A DNA stretch of 64,000 nucleotides. It comes from Haliotis rufescens. Lineage: Eukaryota. The translations under genes and the position numbers were made by a program. The notes below the pieces were generated by a model that searched no databases, was not told the DNA's origin, and saw nothing but the letters and a program-made list of their open reading frames with translations. The stretch covers positions 12,710,001 to 12,774,000 of the forward strand of contig NW_025963813.1 of NCBI RefSeq assembly GCF_023055435.1, given 5' to 3'. Below, one piece after another: positions 53,601-63,595 of the stretch. Position 1 is the stretch's first letter; each line of letters begins with the position of its first letter.

Positions 53601-56600
53601 TCTGCCTCTCTCTCTCTCTCTGCCTCTCACTCTCTGCCTCTCTGCCTCTCTCTGCCTCTCTCTCTCTCTATGCCTCTCACTCTCTGCCTCTCACTCTCTG
53701 CCTCTCTCCCTCTGCCTCTCTCTCTCTCTCTGCCTCTCTCTCTCTCTGCCTCTCACTCTCTGCCTCTCACTCTCTGCCTCTCTCCCTCTGCCTCTCTCCC
53801 TCTCTGCCTCTCTCTCTCCCTCTGCCTCTCACTCTCTGCCTCTCTCCCTCTGCCTCTCTCCCTCTCTCTGCCTCTCTCTCTCTCTCTGCCTCTCACTCTC
53901 TGCCTCTCACTCTCTGCCTCTCTCCCTCTGCCTCTCTCTCTCTCTCTGCTTCTCTCTCTCTCTGCCTCTCACTCTCTGCCTCTCACTCTCTGCCTCTCTC
54001 CCTCTGCCTCTCTCCCTCTCTCTCTCTCTGCCTATGTTAATCTTTAAACATTACATATAATTTATAAGAATTTTGCTAATTAGTCTGACTGTTTTCCTTG
54101 GAATATCAGGTACTTGATGACTGGAACAAGGGAGAGCTAAAATCCTTCTTAATTGAGATCACGAGGGACATCATGAAGTTCAAGGACGACAAGGGAGACT
54201 ACCTTGTAGAGAAAATAAGAGACTCAGCAGGCCAGGTAAGCAGCAGTGTAGAATTAATTACTCATAAAAAAAAATGGTCAGCTAAACATGACAACTTCCT
54301 TCCAAGGGGAAGTAAAGTGGTTGCCAGTCATTGGCAGGATCTGGGTTCTATTCTCCAAATGGTACAGTGTGTGGCGCCATTTGTGTATGTTTAATAGGCA
54401 TCCCCCTTTGTCAATTCTATTAGTGCCTTGGGCACTTTTTACAGTGATTAGGGGCGGTCGGGTAGCCTTGTTGTTAAAGCCTTCGGTCGTCACGTCGAAG
54501 ACCCGGGTTCGATTCCCGACGTAGGGTACAATATGTGAAGTCCATTTCTGGTGTCCTCCGCTGTGATATTGCTAAAAGTTTGCTAAAAGCGGCGTAAAAT
54601 CATACTCACTGACTATTACAGTGTTTACGGTACATTCTATTTGAATATTTTCTTTCAAGTTGTTGATAGTTTCCAATTTCGTCAATTTCAGAAAGGCACA
54701 GGGAAATGGACGGCCATTTCATCTCTGGAGTATGGAGTTCCTGTCACACTTATAGGTAGTGGAATCTTGCCAATGCGTAGTTAGAAGAGTGTTAACTTTC
54801 CATGCCTGTTCCCACAAATGATGATTCCTTAATTTATTCAAGAGGTTAGAGGTGGCACGGGTGGCCCAGTCGTCAAAGGCGCCACAATTTGCTGTACAGA
54901 GATGAGAGCCACATTATATCAACCATTCATCTCACTCATTCATTCATTCATTCACTAAGGGGTTAGAAGCTGATATTCAATATGGACGACTTGGCAGCCA
55001 TGTTGAAAATTCTATTTCTGGAGATTAATCAGCCATTTTTGAACAAATTTGGTATATGTTTAGTTTCTAGTGGGATTCAAACACATGTTCATATTTGCTT
55101 TTGCATATAAATATTAAATTTGACCTTGTTTTGACACTGATGGTGAGCATTCTAATATCAAGCATGACTTTTATGATATGACACAGCTGGAATATTGTTG
55201 ACTGCAGTGTAAAACAAGATTCACTCACAATACATTTCCTGTTTGTAGAAAAAATTAATTGTAATAAAAAAGCATTACTTTGGCACCCAGGTGAGGCTGT
55301 GTTCGCGCGCTGCCTGTCATCGCTAAAAGCGGAGCGCGAGCAGGCCAGCAAGCAGATCTCAGGCCCCAAGAGCAGCACCTACACTGGGGACAAGAAGAAG
55401 TTCATCGATGACATCAAACAGGTAATGTAGCTAGAAGCTGCAGACAAACCCTCGTATGGTTTATATGACAGATGCAAGTCGGTTCTTCAAAGGTATCCCA
55501 AGGGCATGTAGATTTTCAGGCTTTGTAAGTGTGTCCTTGTGTTATCACAATTCACATGGGGCGGTTGGGGAGCCTAGTGGTTAAAGCGTTCGGTCGTCAC
55601 GCCGAAGACCCGGGTTCGATTCCCGACATTGGTACAATGTGTGAAGCCCATTTCTGGTGTCCCCCGCTGTGATATTGCTGGAATATTGCAAAAAGTGGCG
55701 TAAAACCATACTCACTCACTCACTCACTATCACCATTCACCCTAAAAACTTCACATTATTAACATTTCTGGAAAAAAATTGAATTGGGGGTTTTCGTTTT
55801 CACTGCTTAATAGTTCTTTCTTAACTTGGTATGGCCCTCATTAAAGGTTGGATAAATACACTACTATGGAATACCTGATTTTTTAATATCCCTTGACAGA
55901 TTAACTCATGTAAAATGAAAAAAATCAGATCGTCCTCAGCTTTTTTAGTTGTATATGAATGGAGTGTATTGGAATTTTAGGGGTGGTTGGGTAGCCGAGT
56001 GGTATAAGCATTGGCTTGTCACGCAGAAGACCCTGGTTCGATTCCCCACATGGGTGCAATGTGTGAAGCCCATTGTCCCGTGTCCCCCGCCGTGATATTG
56101 CTGGAATATTGCTAAAAGCGGAATAAAATCATATTCACTCATTCGCTATTGGTATGTAGCTACACCATTGTTACATGTAGTCAAAGAATTTTGTGTACTG
56201 ATAACAGAGTGAAAGTTAGCCAGTTGTTGTTGCCGTGTTTGTTGCTTATTCAACAATAAGTAAACAGTTCTTTGGATGAAAAATGTACCAATCAATCATT
56301 GATGAAATCAATTTATGTAATTGATAACACTAACAATAAGTGACAGATTTGTTATTTCTCTAGTGGGTCAATCACTGTGGTGGGTCAGTCCCTGTGGGGA
56401 GTCGGTCCCTGTGGGGAGTCGGTCCCTGTGGGGAGTCAGTCCCTGTGGTGGGTCGGTCCCTGTGGGGAGTCAGTCCCTGTGGTGGGTCGGTCCCTGTGGT
56501 GGGTCAGTCCCTGTGGGGAGTCAGTCCCTGTGGTGGGTCAGTCCCTGTGGGGAGTCGGTCCCTGTGGTGGGTCAGCTCCTGTGGGGAGTCGGTCCCTGTG

Positions 56601-59600
56601 TATTCTGACCATGTTGCTGTGTGTCCCCAGGCGCTGTACGCCAGCAAGATCGTGTCCTACGCCCAGGGATTTATGTTGATGCGGGAGACAGCCAAGGAAC
56701 TGAATTGGAAACTTAACTTTGGTGCAGTGGCACTAATGTGGAGAGGAGGCTGCATTATCAGAAGGTAATATGTCTGCACAGAACCTCACTTGTGTTCCTG
56801 TTTGTCCTTCTATCAGATACGATTCCATCAGATCTCTATGGACAGAGTGTACAGAGAGAGAGTGGAAGGTCAGTGGTTTGGCAGTTAATGATAGTACTTG
56901 TCACTGTGCCTGGTGCTTGGCATTAGGGAATAAAACAAGGATTTTTTGGCTTGGTGTCATTATTCTGTGGTTGAGTGGGGTATCCTTGTAAACTGTTGCA
57001 TGGTATCTGAGTGGACTAGCACTATGAAACTGGCTTTAGTTTGTACTAGTACAGGTAGCCAAATACACATAATTGCATATTGTTATGTTAGTGAAACAAT
57101 CTTGAACACAATGTTTAACAGCATTTAACATCACTTTCTGTTTTCATTATCTTTGAATGATTGAGGCCTCTGCTGTTGAATCAGTGTCACTGTTAAATGT
57201 TGAGGAATTTGTCACTGTTAAACTGAGGAATTTGCCACTGTTAAACTAAGGGATTTGCCACTGTTAAACTAAGGGAATTGACACTATTAAACTTTGAAAA
57301 TTTGTCATTGTTAAACGTTGAGGGATTTGTCACTGTTAAACGTTGAGGGATTTGTCACGATTAAACCCTGTGTTTCAGCGTGTTCCTTGGCAACATCAAA
57401 CAGGCATTTGACAAGAACCCAGAGCTGAGTAATCTCCTCTTGGACGACTTCTTCAAGAAAGCGATTCAGAATTGTCAGGTGAGAGATACAATTTACCTCG
57501 GAAACTGCTGTACCTTAGAGCTGCTTTATGTATGGGATACAGACATTTTTATGCTTTTGATGTGGACCAAAAGTGGCATTAATCTTGAATTTGAATGAAT
57601 TGTAAGCTCTTGTTCTTGGTCCAATTCTAAACACTTTGATTGTCTTAAGTTTGTGTCGAAGAATGGAAATTGATTGGCTTAGCATTTAGATCTGTATGGA
57701 ATGCAATGATTGTCTTAAATCTCTCAGGGAATTAGGCTCTAGCCTAAGCAGTAAGATGTCTTTGTGGAATGCTAATATTTACATAGATCTATGTTAAAGC
57801 ATGAGCGTTACCATGGTAACTATCGTTTTATCACTATGATTCATCATAAGTGTGTGTGTTAAAGTACACTGAACAAAATAGTGATTTCAAATTATCTTAG
57901 CATTAAGGTTGCTGTCTCCATGATTGTCATAAGTGTATGGTAAGTAGTGGACTTCATACCACTAATATTACTCTGTTATCTCATTGATTATGTCAAATAT
58001 ATTATGAAGTATGGGAGTTACGATCATCACATTCTGGGTCATACATGCACCAGCTGGAGAGTTACCTCAGCTGTCACATCCCATGTTTCATCCCATGTTT
58101 CATCCCATGTTTCATCCCATATTTCATCCAATATTTCATCCCATATTTCATCCCAATAAGACTGTAATAATGTACAGGGGCGGTCGGGTAGCCTAGTGGT
58201 TAAAGCGTTCGCTCATCACGCCAAAGACCCGGGTTCGATTCCCGACATGGGTACAACGTGTGAAGCCCATTTCTGGTGTCCCCCGCCGTGATATTGCTGG
58301 AATATTGCTAAAAGCGGCGAAAAAACATACTCACTCATTACTAAAACTGAAAGTTAAACCTTCAGAAAACTGTGGATTATATAAAAACAAGGAAAGAAAA
58401 AAATATCTGTTGGCCCTTCAATATTGAACAAAAAATAATTATAACTTGGGACAGATATATCATCATGAGTTCACATGTATCAAAAGTGGTCGTTTGGTAT
58501 ACAAGCCAATTAAAAATCCAAATCAGGCAAGTGAGAGTGTTATAAGTGAGCGGTGTTTAACCCAACTCACTCACTCACTCACTCACTCATTGTTCTTAAT
58601 ACAAGATACAAGTGCATAATGTATCCATCATGTGTTTTTCGTGAAATTTCCTGTTGGTAGAGACAATTATAACAATAGTCATGTGGTATGCGACACACTG
58701 TTTATAATTGCAAATATCAGACGGTTGTTATCATGTGTTGAATGTAATCAGTTTCATATTCATATTGAAGTGGACATATTAACTTGTCAAGTATAGTGAC
58801 ACGCTGAGAGACTGAAATCACACTTTAGTAATTTTGGGTACAATGTGTTAAGCCCATTTCTGGTGTTCCCAGCTGGATATAGCTGAACTATTGCTAAAAG
58901 CAGCGAAAAACCATACTCACTCACTACTAAAACTGAAAGGTAAACCTTCAGAAGACTGTGGATTATATAAAAACAAGGAAAGAAAAAAATATCGGTTGGC
59001 CCTTCAATATTGAACAAAAAATAATTATAACTTGGGACAGATATATCATCATGAGTTCACATGTATCAAAAGTGGTCGTGTGGTATACAAGCCAATTAAA
59101 AATCCAAATCAGGCTAGTGAGAGTGTTATCTCACTCACTCACTCACTCACTCACTCACTCACTCACTCACTCACTCACTCACTGTAATGATGTACAGGAT
59201 GCCTGGAGACGAGTGGTGTCGACAGCAGTGTTGCTCGGAATCCCGACACCGGCCTTCAGCACAGCTCTAGCGTTCTTCGATGGGTACCGCAGTGCCAGAC
59301 TGCCAGCCAACCTCATCCAGGTATGTTCAGGATCGCGTTGACTTGATATTCTTAGAGGCCACACAGCAGTGGACCAGTTCCTTGCGTTTGTAATTATCTC
59401 CCCTTGGGTGTGCAGGATCAGAGAAGGTTCCCAGTATCCAGTATTTGTTATAAGATCAGACTAAAGAGGATCTGAGACGTGTTCAGGAGGAGGGCGATAT
59501 CTTGCATGTGGGTGCTGTTGAACACGGCCAACCGCATGATCACATCCGTAGTTTGCCTAGTAATCCAAGATGGCGTCACATATTGTTCAAATGGTTGCCT

Positions 59601-60657
59601 TTGACCGGATTGAACCAATGTCTAAAGGTTAATCTTTTAGACCAGTCACTACCATTGAAAAGCTTCATTACATCTCATTATTAAATGTGTAAACCTATAA
59701 CACTTGTGGACAAGGCTGTTTTGATCCCCGGCGACGCCATTTTTTATGCTGTGCCTTGAGAACGACTATATTTCTTTGGAAACAGCTTTTGGGCTAAGGT
59801 AAGATAGAGGGGCATGGGTGACCCTGTCATCTGAGGTGCCACAGTTTGCTGTGCAGAGTTGCCTCCCTTGGGAACACCAGAAACCTGTGAGTGTAGGTTG
59901 GAATTCTGGTTCGCTCTGATTATGTTTCTTGGTTTGTCAGCATTATACTCTTGATAGTGGGTTTCACCATTGTGGTAAGTGTTTGAGACCTGGGCTTTAC
60001 TCCCACATAAAACTGTTCAAAGTATCTTTAAACCCAACTCACTGACTGAGTTATCACTAAACCAGCATTAAACAGATCAGATGCCAGCCTCTAATTGACA
60101 CTGGGTCAACGGCTTGCACAAAATTAATAGACACCCAAGCATCTAATAGAGGAGAGGTTCGTTGAAGTAACCCTTGTGTAAATTAAACAGGTTCAGAGGT
60201 CCAAACTGCCAGAAATGGAGGGGTACCCAGGTTCGATTTCCGACATGTGTACAATGTGTGAAGCCCATTTCTGGTGTCCCCCGCCCTGATATTGCTGGAA
60301 TATTGCTAAAAGCAGCTAAAAACCATACTCACTCACTCACTCACTCTCATGTCAACTCTGAAATGTCTTTATATATTTTTGTTCACACTTAAAAACCAGG
60401 ATTTCAAGAAAACCCATTCGCCACATAATGCCAAATGTCTGTCCTTGGAAACACAAGCTTTGACACCCTGTAATGTATTTGCAACAAATCTGATCCTAAT
60501 GCTTATTTATTTTAAAGAAATTATACTATTCTTTCAGGCACAGAGAGATTATTTCGGAGCCCACACGTACGAGCTTCTGGACAAGCCCGGCACCTTTGTT
60601 CACACCAACTGGACTGGCCATGGAGGGAGTGTTTCTTCATCCACATACGACGCTTGA
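26609..60657 (+). CDS. PGD: 6-phosphogluconate dehydrogenase, decarboxylating; 14 coding exons: 26609-26622, 37440-37515, 46057-46236, 50067-50132, 50634-50752, 51439-51505, 52432-52566, 54110-54235, 54692-54755, 55291-55421, 56631-56764, 57379-57478, 59198-59320, 60538-60657 (1455 nt, 484 aa)
   Basis: Manual splicing gives a continuous ORF: [41 protein letters not shown]...[14 protein letters not shown]...[19 protein letters not shown]...[25 protein letters not shown]...[10 protein letters not shown]...[10 protein letters not shown]...[19 protein letters not shown]...[18 protein letters not shown]. These are hallmark 6PGD motifs; all introns are GT-AG with consistent phases. Confidence 0.98.
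27665..27839. mobile_element. Short MITE with TA TSD
   Basis: ta|cagttaactacggttataac ... gttataaccgtagtttactg|ta. Confidence 0.82.
28462..28617. repeat. ~155-bp near-perfect palindrome (hairpin)
   Basis: agaggttatcacgcg...tttagc[gagccttggcga]gctaaa...gcgtgataacctct. Confidence 0.9.
31184..31450 (-). pseudogene. Decayed Tc1-like transposase fragment
   Basis: Frameshifted [12 protein letters not shown] / [17 protein letters not shown] / [23 protein letters not shown], matching the Tc1 WxxVxFSDESxF..DG.xxVWRR motif. Confidence 0.8.
32387..32645 (+). mobile_element. SINE-like family C (further copies at ~39297-39525, 40855-40990 minus, 42516-42752 minus, 51153-51350, 63597-63813)
   Basis: Consensus match. 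Confidence 0.88.
33032..33380 (+). mobile_element. tRNA-derived SINE family D (~350 bp)
   Basis: gaccgcctctgtggtctagtggtagagcg...ggttcgatccccgg; (cacct)n tail; TSD atttagaccaaga. Confidence 0.9.
34184..34679 (-). mobile_element. Possible solo LTR
   Basis: TG...CA-like ends, TATA (ctatataag) and AATAAA in order on the minus strand; no clear TSD. Confidence 0.3.
36385..36592. repeat. 28-bp minisatellite, ~7 copies
   Basis: acctgatgttgtgaactatgctgactta. Confidence 0.93.
37015..37370. mobile_element. Same pogo-type MITE, opposite orientation
   Basis: Reverse-complement homology to 11958-12290; TA flanks. Confidence 0.8.
37440..37515 (+). CDS. PGD: PGD exon 2 ([25 protein letters not shown])
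   Basis: tttcag|A...ACA|gtaagt; NADP-binding GxAxMG motif. Confidence 0.97.
38882..39328. repeat. 74-bp tandem repeat x6 (flank plus family C head)
   Basis: cagaacacc at 38892, 38966, 39040, 39114, 39188, 39262. Confidence 0.95.
41620..42017. repeat. 64-bp tandem repeat, ~6 copies
   Basis: caaaatacagaaagacgacattacattc... at period 64. Confidence 0.95.
43686..46056. repeat. 45-bp minisatellite, ~50 copies, abutting PGD exon 3
   Basis: Unit gtggagctagtgtaatattgtagtggctgtgttgatgtgttgtag. Confidence 0.97.
46057..46236 (+). CDS. PGD: PGD exon 3 ([10 protein letters not shown]...AFIDKL)
   Basis: tgtag|GTG...CTG|gtcaga. Confidence 0.97.
46449..46800 (+). mobile_element. SINE family D
   Basis: Matches the 33032 copy; TSD ttatacatacat. 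Confidence 0.9.
47738..47846. mobile_element. ~110-bp MITE monomer (second copy at 52256-52368)
   Basis: ggcccacttgcacaaag ... ctttgtgcacgtgggcc TIRs; the 52256 copy has cag on both sides (PIF/Harbinger-like CWG). Confidence 0.75.
48424..48705 (+). mobile_element. SINE family B (source of the transduced segment); other copies at ~6031-6235, 35715-35792, 48250-48392, 59808-60045, 61130-61380
   Basis: Consensus match; TSD tcattgtt(t/c)ttaa. Confidence 0.9.
49365..50049. repeat. 22-bp minisatellite, ~30 copies
   Basis: accatgttattccaagctgtag. Confidence 0.95.
50067..50132 (+). CDS. PGD: PGD exon 4 ([22 protein letters not shown])
   Basis: gtcag|GTT...AAT|gtaagt. Confidence 0.97.
50634..50752 (+). 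CDS. PGD: PGD exon 5 ([39 protein letters not shown])
   Basis: ttacag|AGG...TG|gtgtgt. Confidence 0.97.
51439..51505 (+). CDS. PGD: PGD exon 6 ([22 protein letters not shown])
   Basis: ttgcag|G...TGG|gtaggt. Confidence 0.97.
51587..51962. mobile_element. Same pogo-type MITE
   Basis: Homology to 11958-12290; TA flanks. Confidence 0.82.
52432..52566 (+). CDS. PGD: PGD exon 7 ([23 protein letters not shown]...EMAD)
   Basis: gtgcag|GTG...GAT|gtatgt; contains the catalytic K and E motif. Confidence 0.97.
53287..53420. other. Assembly gap (N run)
   Basis: Run of n. Confidence 0.99.
53421..54032. repeat. (CT)n / ctctgcct compound microsatellite following the assembly gap
   Basis: Direct reading. 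Confidence 0.97.
54110..54235 (+). CDS. PGD: PGD exon 8 ([18 protein letters not shown]...IRDSAGQ)
   Basis: atcag|GTA...CAG|gtaagc. Confidence 0.97.
54451..54612 (+). mobile_element. SINE family A (PGD intron 8)
   Basis: Consensus match; TSD ttacagtg(a/t)tta. Confidence 0.88.
54692..54755 (+). CDS. PGD: PGD exon 9 ([21 protein letters not shown])
   Basis: tttcag|AAA...G|gtagtg. Confidence 0.97.
55291..55421 (+). CDS. PGD: PGD exon 10 ([12 protein letters not shown]...FIDDIKQ)
   Basis: cccag|GT...CAG|gtaatg. Confidence 0.97.
55557..55727 (+). mobile_element. SINE family A (another copy at ~55980-56145)
   Basis: Consensus match; TSD tatcac(a/c)attcac. Confidence 0.88.
56362..56599. repeat. 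17-bp G-rich minisatellite
   Basis: ctgtggggagtcggtcc variants. Confidence 0.93.
56631..56764 (+). CDS. PGD: PGD exon 11 ([14 protein letters not shown]...MWRGGCIIR)
   Basis: cccag|GCG...AG|gtaata. Confidence 0.97.
57185..57368. repeat. 23-25-bp degenerate minisatellite
   Basis: atttgtcactgttaaac(gt)tgagg. Confidence 0.88.
57379..57478 (+). CDS. PGD: PGD exon 12 ([25 protein letters not shown]...NCQ)
   Basis: tttcag|C...CAG|gtgaga. Confidence 0.97.
58077..58155. repeat. 12-bp tandem repeat
   Basis: catcccatgttt / catcccatattt. Confidence 0.88.
58177..58340 (+). mobile_element. SINE family A heading a composite insertion
   Basis: Consensus match. Confidence 0.9.
58549..59128 (+). repeat. 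~580-bp intragenic duplicate of 48671-49285; 58340-58543 is a further copy of its last ~200 bp
   Basis: Near-identical sequence from agcggtgtttaacccaactc to gtgagagtgttat. Confidence 0.93.
59129..59183. repeat. (CTCA)n microsatellite, interpreted as a retro-insertion tail
   Basis: Direct reading. Confidence 0.95.
59198..59320 (+). CDS. PGD: PGD exon 13 (DAWRRVV...LPANLIQ)
   Basis: gtacag|GAT...CAG|gtatgt. Confidence 0.96.
60538..60657 (+). CDS. PGD: PGD exon 14 ([12 protein letters not shown]...SSSTYDA*)
   Basis: tttcag|GCA...TGA. Confidence 0.97.
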   Translation, partial: AQRDYFGAHTYELLDKPGTFVHTNWTGHGGSVSSSTYDA

Positions 60658-61619
60658 TACGACAAAACCACAGACCGCTCAACATTTGCAACCCAATCAC
60701 ACTTTTCTGTATATTATTTTTACCTGATGAAGAACAACTGATCGTATTTCCAGAAATCATTCTTCTTTAGGCTTATTATAAATGGCATTGGATGCGAAAA
60801 ACATACACTGAACTGTTTTCTGAGTGATATTGTTTAATATTGACTAATATTATTAAAATATTATGAATGATGTGTTGATCTTGTAGGTGTAAATTTTGTT
60901 CTCAGATGCAACATGTATAATAAGCCATCCCTTCATATTTTGTAAATTTTTCAAATTTTTATTTCAAGAAGTTGGCTTTGAAAATTCCAGAATTTGTTAA
61001 GGGAAAATGTTGTTCATTACAACATTACATGAAGCATTGTTTGTTCTGCAACTAACCATACGATTTACGCTTCCGGACTTACATTGACATTGTTATGTTT
61101 ATTTAATCAACACTTGTTTTGTGCTTGTCAGTTAGGCGCCGCGATTTGCTATGCAGAGTGGCGTCCCTTGGGAACATCAGAAACCCATGATTGTGGGTTC
61201 GAATCTCCAATCACCCTGATTATGTTTCTAGGTTTGTCAGCACCATACCCGTGCTCGTGGGTTGCACCGAAGTGGTAAACGTCTGAGACCTGCATCACTT
61301 CGGGCTTTCCTCCCACATTAAGCTGACACGCCGTGATATAACTGGAATACTGTTCACAGCAGCGTTAACCCAACTCAATCACCACTATGACCCAGTTATA
61401 CTATTTACAGGAACTGTTGGAGGAAGATCGGATAAACAAGAGCTTGTTTGTATGTCTCTTGATGCATTCATGTATTCTGTATCTCACTATGACCAATATA
61501 TATAGGTAGGTGTCTGAGCGGACGGTGTGGTTACTCCTCACTCAATCTCCTTGATCATCCAGTGTGTGTCCATCTTAGTAAGATATATGCTCTGGACCTG
61601 TTCAGCACCATAGCTTTGT

Positions 61620-61930
61620 GACCACCTCCGTGGTCTTGTGGTAGAGCGTCCTCTCGGAGAGCGGGAGGTCCGGAGTTCAATATCCAGCCGCTTCAGTGAG
61701 TGAGTGAGTGAGTGGTTTTACGCCGCTTTTAGCAGTATTCCAGCAATAACACGGCGGGGGACACCGGAAAATGGGCTTCACATATTGTACCCATGTGGGG
61801 AATCGAACCCGGGTCTTCGGCGTGACGAGCGAACACTTTAACCACCAGGCTACCCCACTGCCCCTCAGCCGCTTCAGACCAAAATATGTTAAAAGTTGGT
61901 ACTTGTTGTTACCCTGTCACCTCACCTCAC
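61620..61930 (+). mobile_element. Internally deleted SINE family D interrupted by family A
   Basis: Head and tail present; TSD caccatagcttt. Confidence 0.8.
61697..61865 (-). mobile_element. SINE family A nested in a family D copy
   Basis: Reverse-complement consensus; TSD cagccgcttcag. Confidence 0.9.
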
Positions 61931-62738
61931 CATAGCTTTTGTGTTGGAATAACGACATCAGACCCATCTCTCACGTTTCTCTTGATCATCAGCTTGAAAT
62001 CAACAACCAATCAAAATGCCTCTTCAGAACGTCAGTTTCGATAGATCTACATTCAAAATTGCAAACGTTTTTGAAAAAAATAACAGGTATTAAGCCGGGA
62101 AGGGGAGTGCTATCTGGACTTGAGACAGCACGCAGGGCGAGACAGCACACAGGACGAGACAGCACACGGGACGAACCATGTCCTTGCCACAAACAGCTGC
62201 TGGTTTCAGTCACAAAAGAACGGTGGAATTTAATGGAACATTAAGTATTTGCATTATGCCATTCAAAACAAAGCTATGGTGATGAATTGGTCCAGGGTAT
62301 TTATTGTTATAGAATGTACATGTAATACCCTGGATTGTCGGGGATGATCACACAAAGAACCAGGTTGACTCGACTCACGTAGTTTTTGGTCCATTTACAC
62401 AATTGTTTGTACATTGCTGCATCATTACATTTCATGATCAAACTGATGATATTTGTTTGGAAATCCCCCCGTTTGTAATGTGCCTTTTCTGGTTGGTAAG
62501 AAATATAGATCATATGTTTACGTAAAGTGTTACTTGGGAATGTAAATTTGAAAGTTAATATCACATGGTATTTGTGAATTGTAGGGATATTAAGACTTGG
62601 TGCAGTACTCCTGTAGAAGTTGCTGTGTGGCTTATGCTTAAATAGATCAGAAGAGAAATTAATTGCATTGTGGGTGAAACTAGAATATGAAGGCTGAATA
62701 TTTTTAACATTCATTGTTCGTCTGTATTGTTAGAGAGT

Positions 62739-62744
62739 AATAAA
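62739..62744 (+). promoter_or_regulatory. Candidate distal PGD polyadenylation signal
   Basis: AATAAA followed by GT/T-rich sequence. Confidence 0.3.
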
Positions 62745-63332
62745 ATGTGTTTTTGACTGGAAAATTGATTGTTGCATTTTTGAATTGTGAACAAATGACT
62801 TTTAGAATTCTACATGCTTTGATTATTTACACAAGCAGATTTGAAAGTAAATTATGAACTATAACATTAGAAATATTTTTATATTTGGAGATACTGTTAC
62901 ATTAGTGTTCAAATAGTTTTAGATCTGATTCTTTATAAGTTTGTATTTTTCAGGTTTTACTTGTCATCAATATGTTCTTTGTGGCACTCAAGCAAGTAAA
63001 CATTCAATTTTGTATTCTGAAATAATTTTTTATAAATGCAGATGCCTGCAAGACAAAGTGACAGCTGGCATCATTTCACAGTCGTTAGTTTACCATGTCA
63101 GGTGTATGTCATGTGTGTTTGCAAATATCAAAACATATTCTTCCTCATTGTTAATATTTTACAATATTTGAAAAGCTTTTCAATTATGTCTATCATTTGT
63201 ATGTTTCTTTTCTGCATAATGACGAAGTGCAATTCTGCTTTTTATTTTTCTACAGCCATACATGTAGATAATAGGGGGAAATAAAGAAAATTATTGTTAC
63301 CTGATTATTATTTTATGTATAATAAGGCCCTG

Positions 63333-63595
63333 GCTGGCTGATATTGGACACATTTTACCAGTTGATCATGGATAATTATTATGCTGGTTGAACTTTGGAA
63401 ATTTGTACCAGTTGATATTGGACAGTTTGTACCAACTCATCATGGACAATGTATGCCAACTGATAATGGCCAGATTGTGCCAGCTGATGATGGAAAATTT
63501 GCCCCAGTCCATCTAGAAAATTTTGTTTCAACGGATCTTAGACAATTTATATCAGCTGATCTTGGACAATTTATATCAGCTGATCTTCGACAAGT
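63333..63595. repeat. Degenerate 24-bp tandem repeat
   Basis: ttgtaccagctgatcttggacaat-like units. Confidence 0.8.

Noticed and set aside
53233-54060. Leu/Ser-rich ORFs
   Set aside because: Translation of the CT microsatellite and the N gap.
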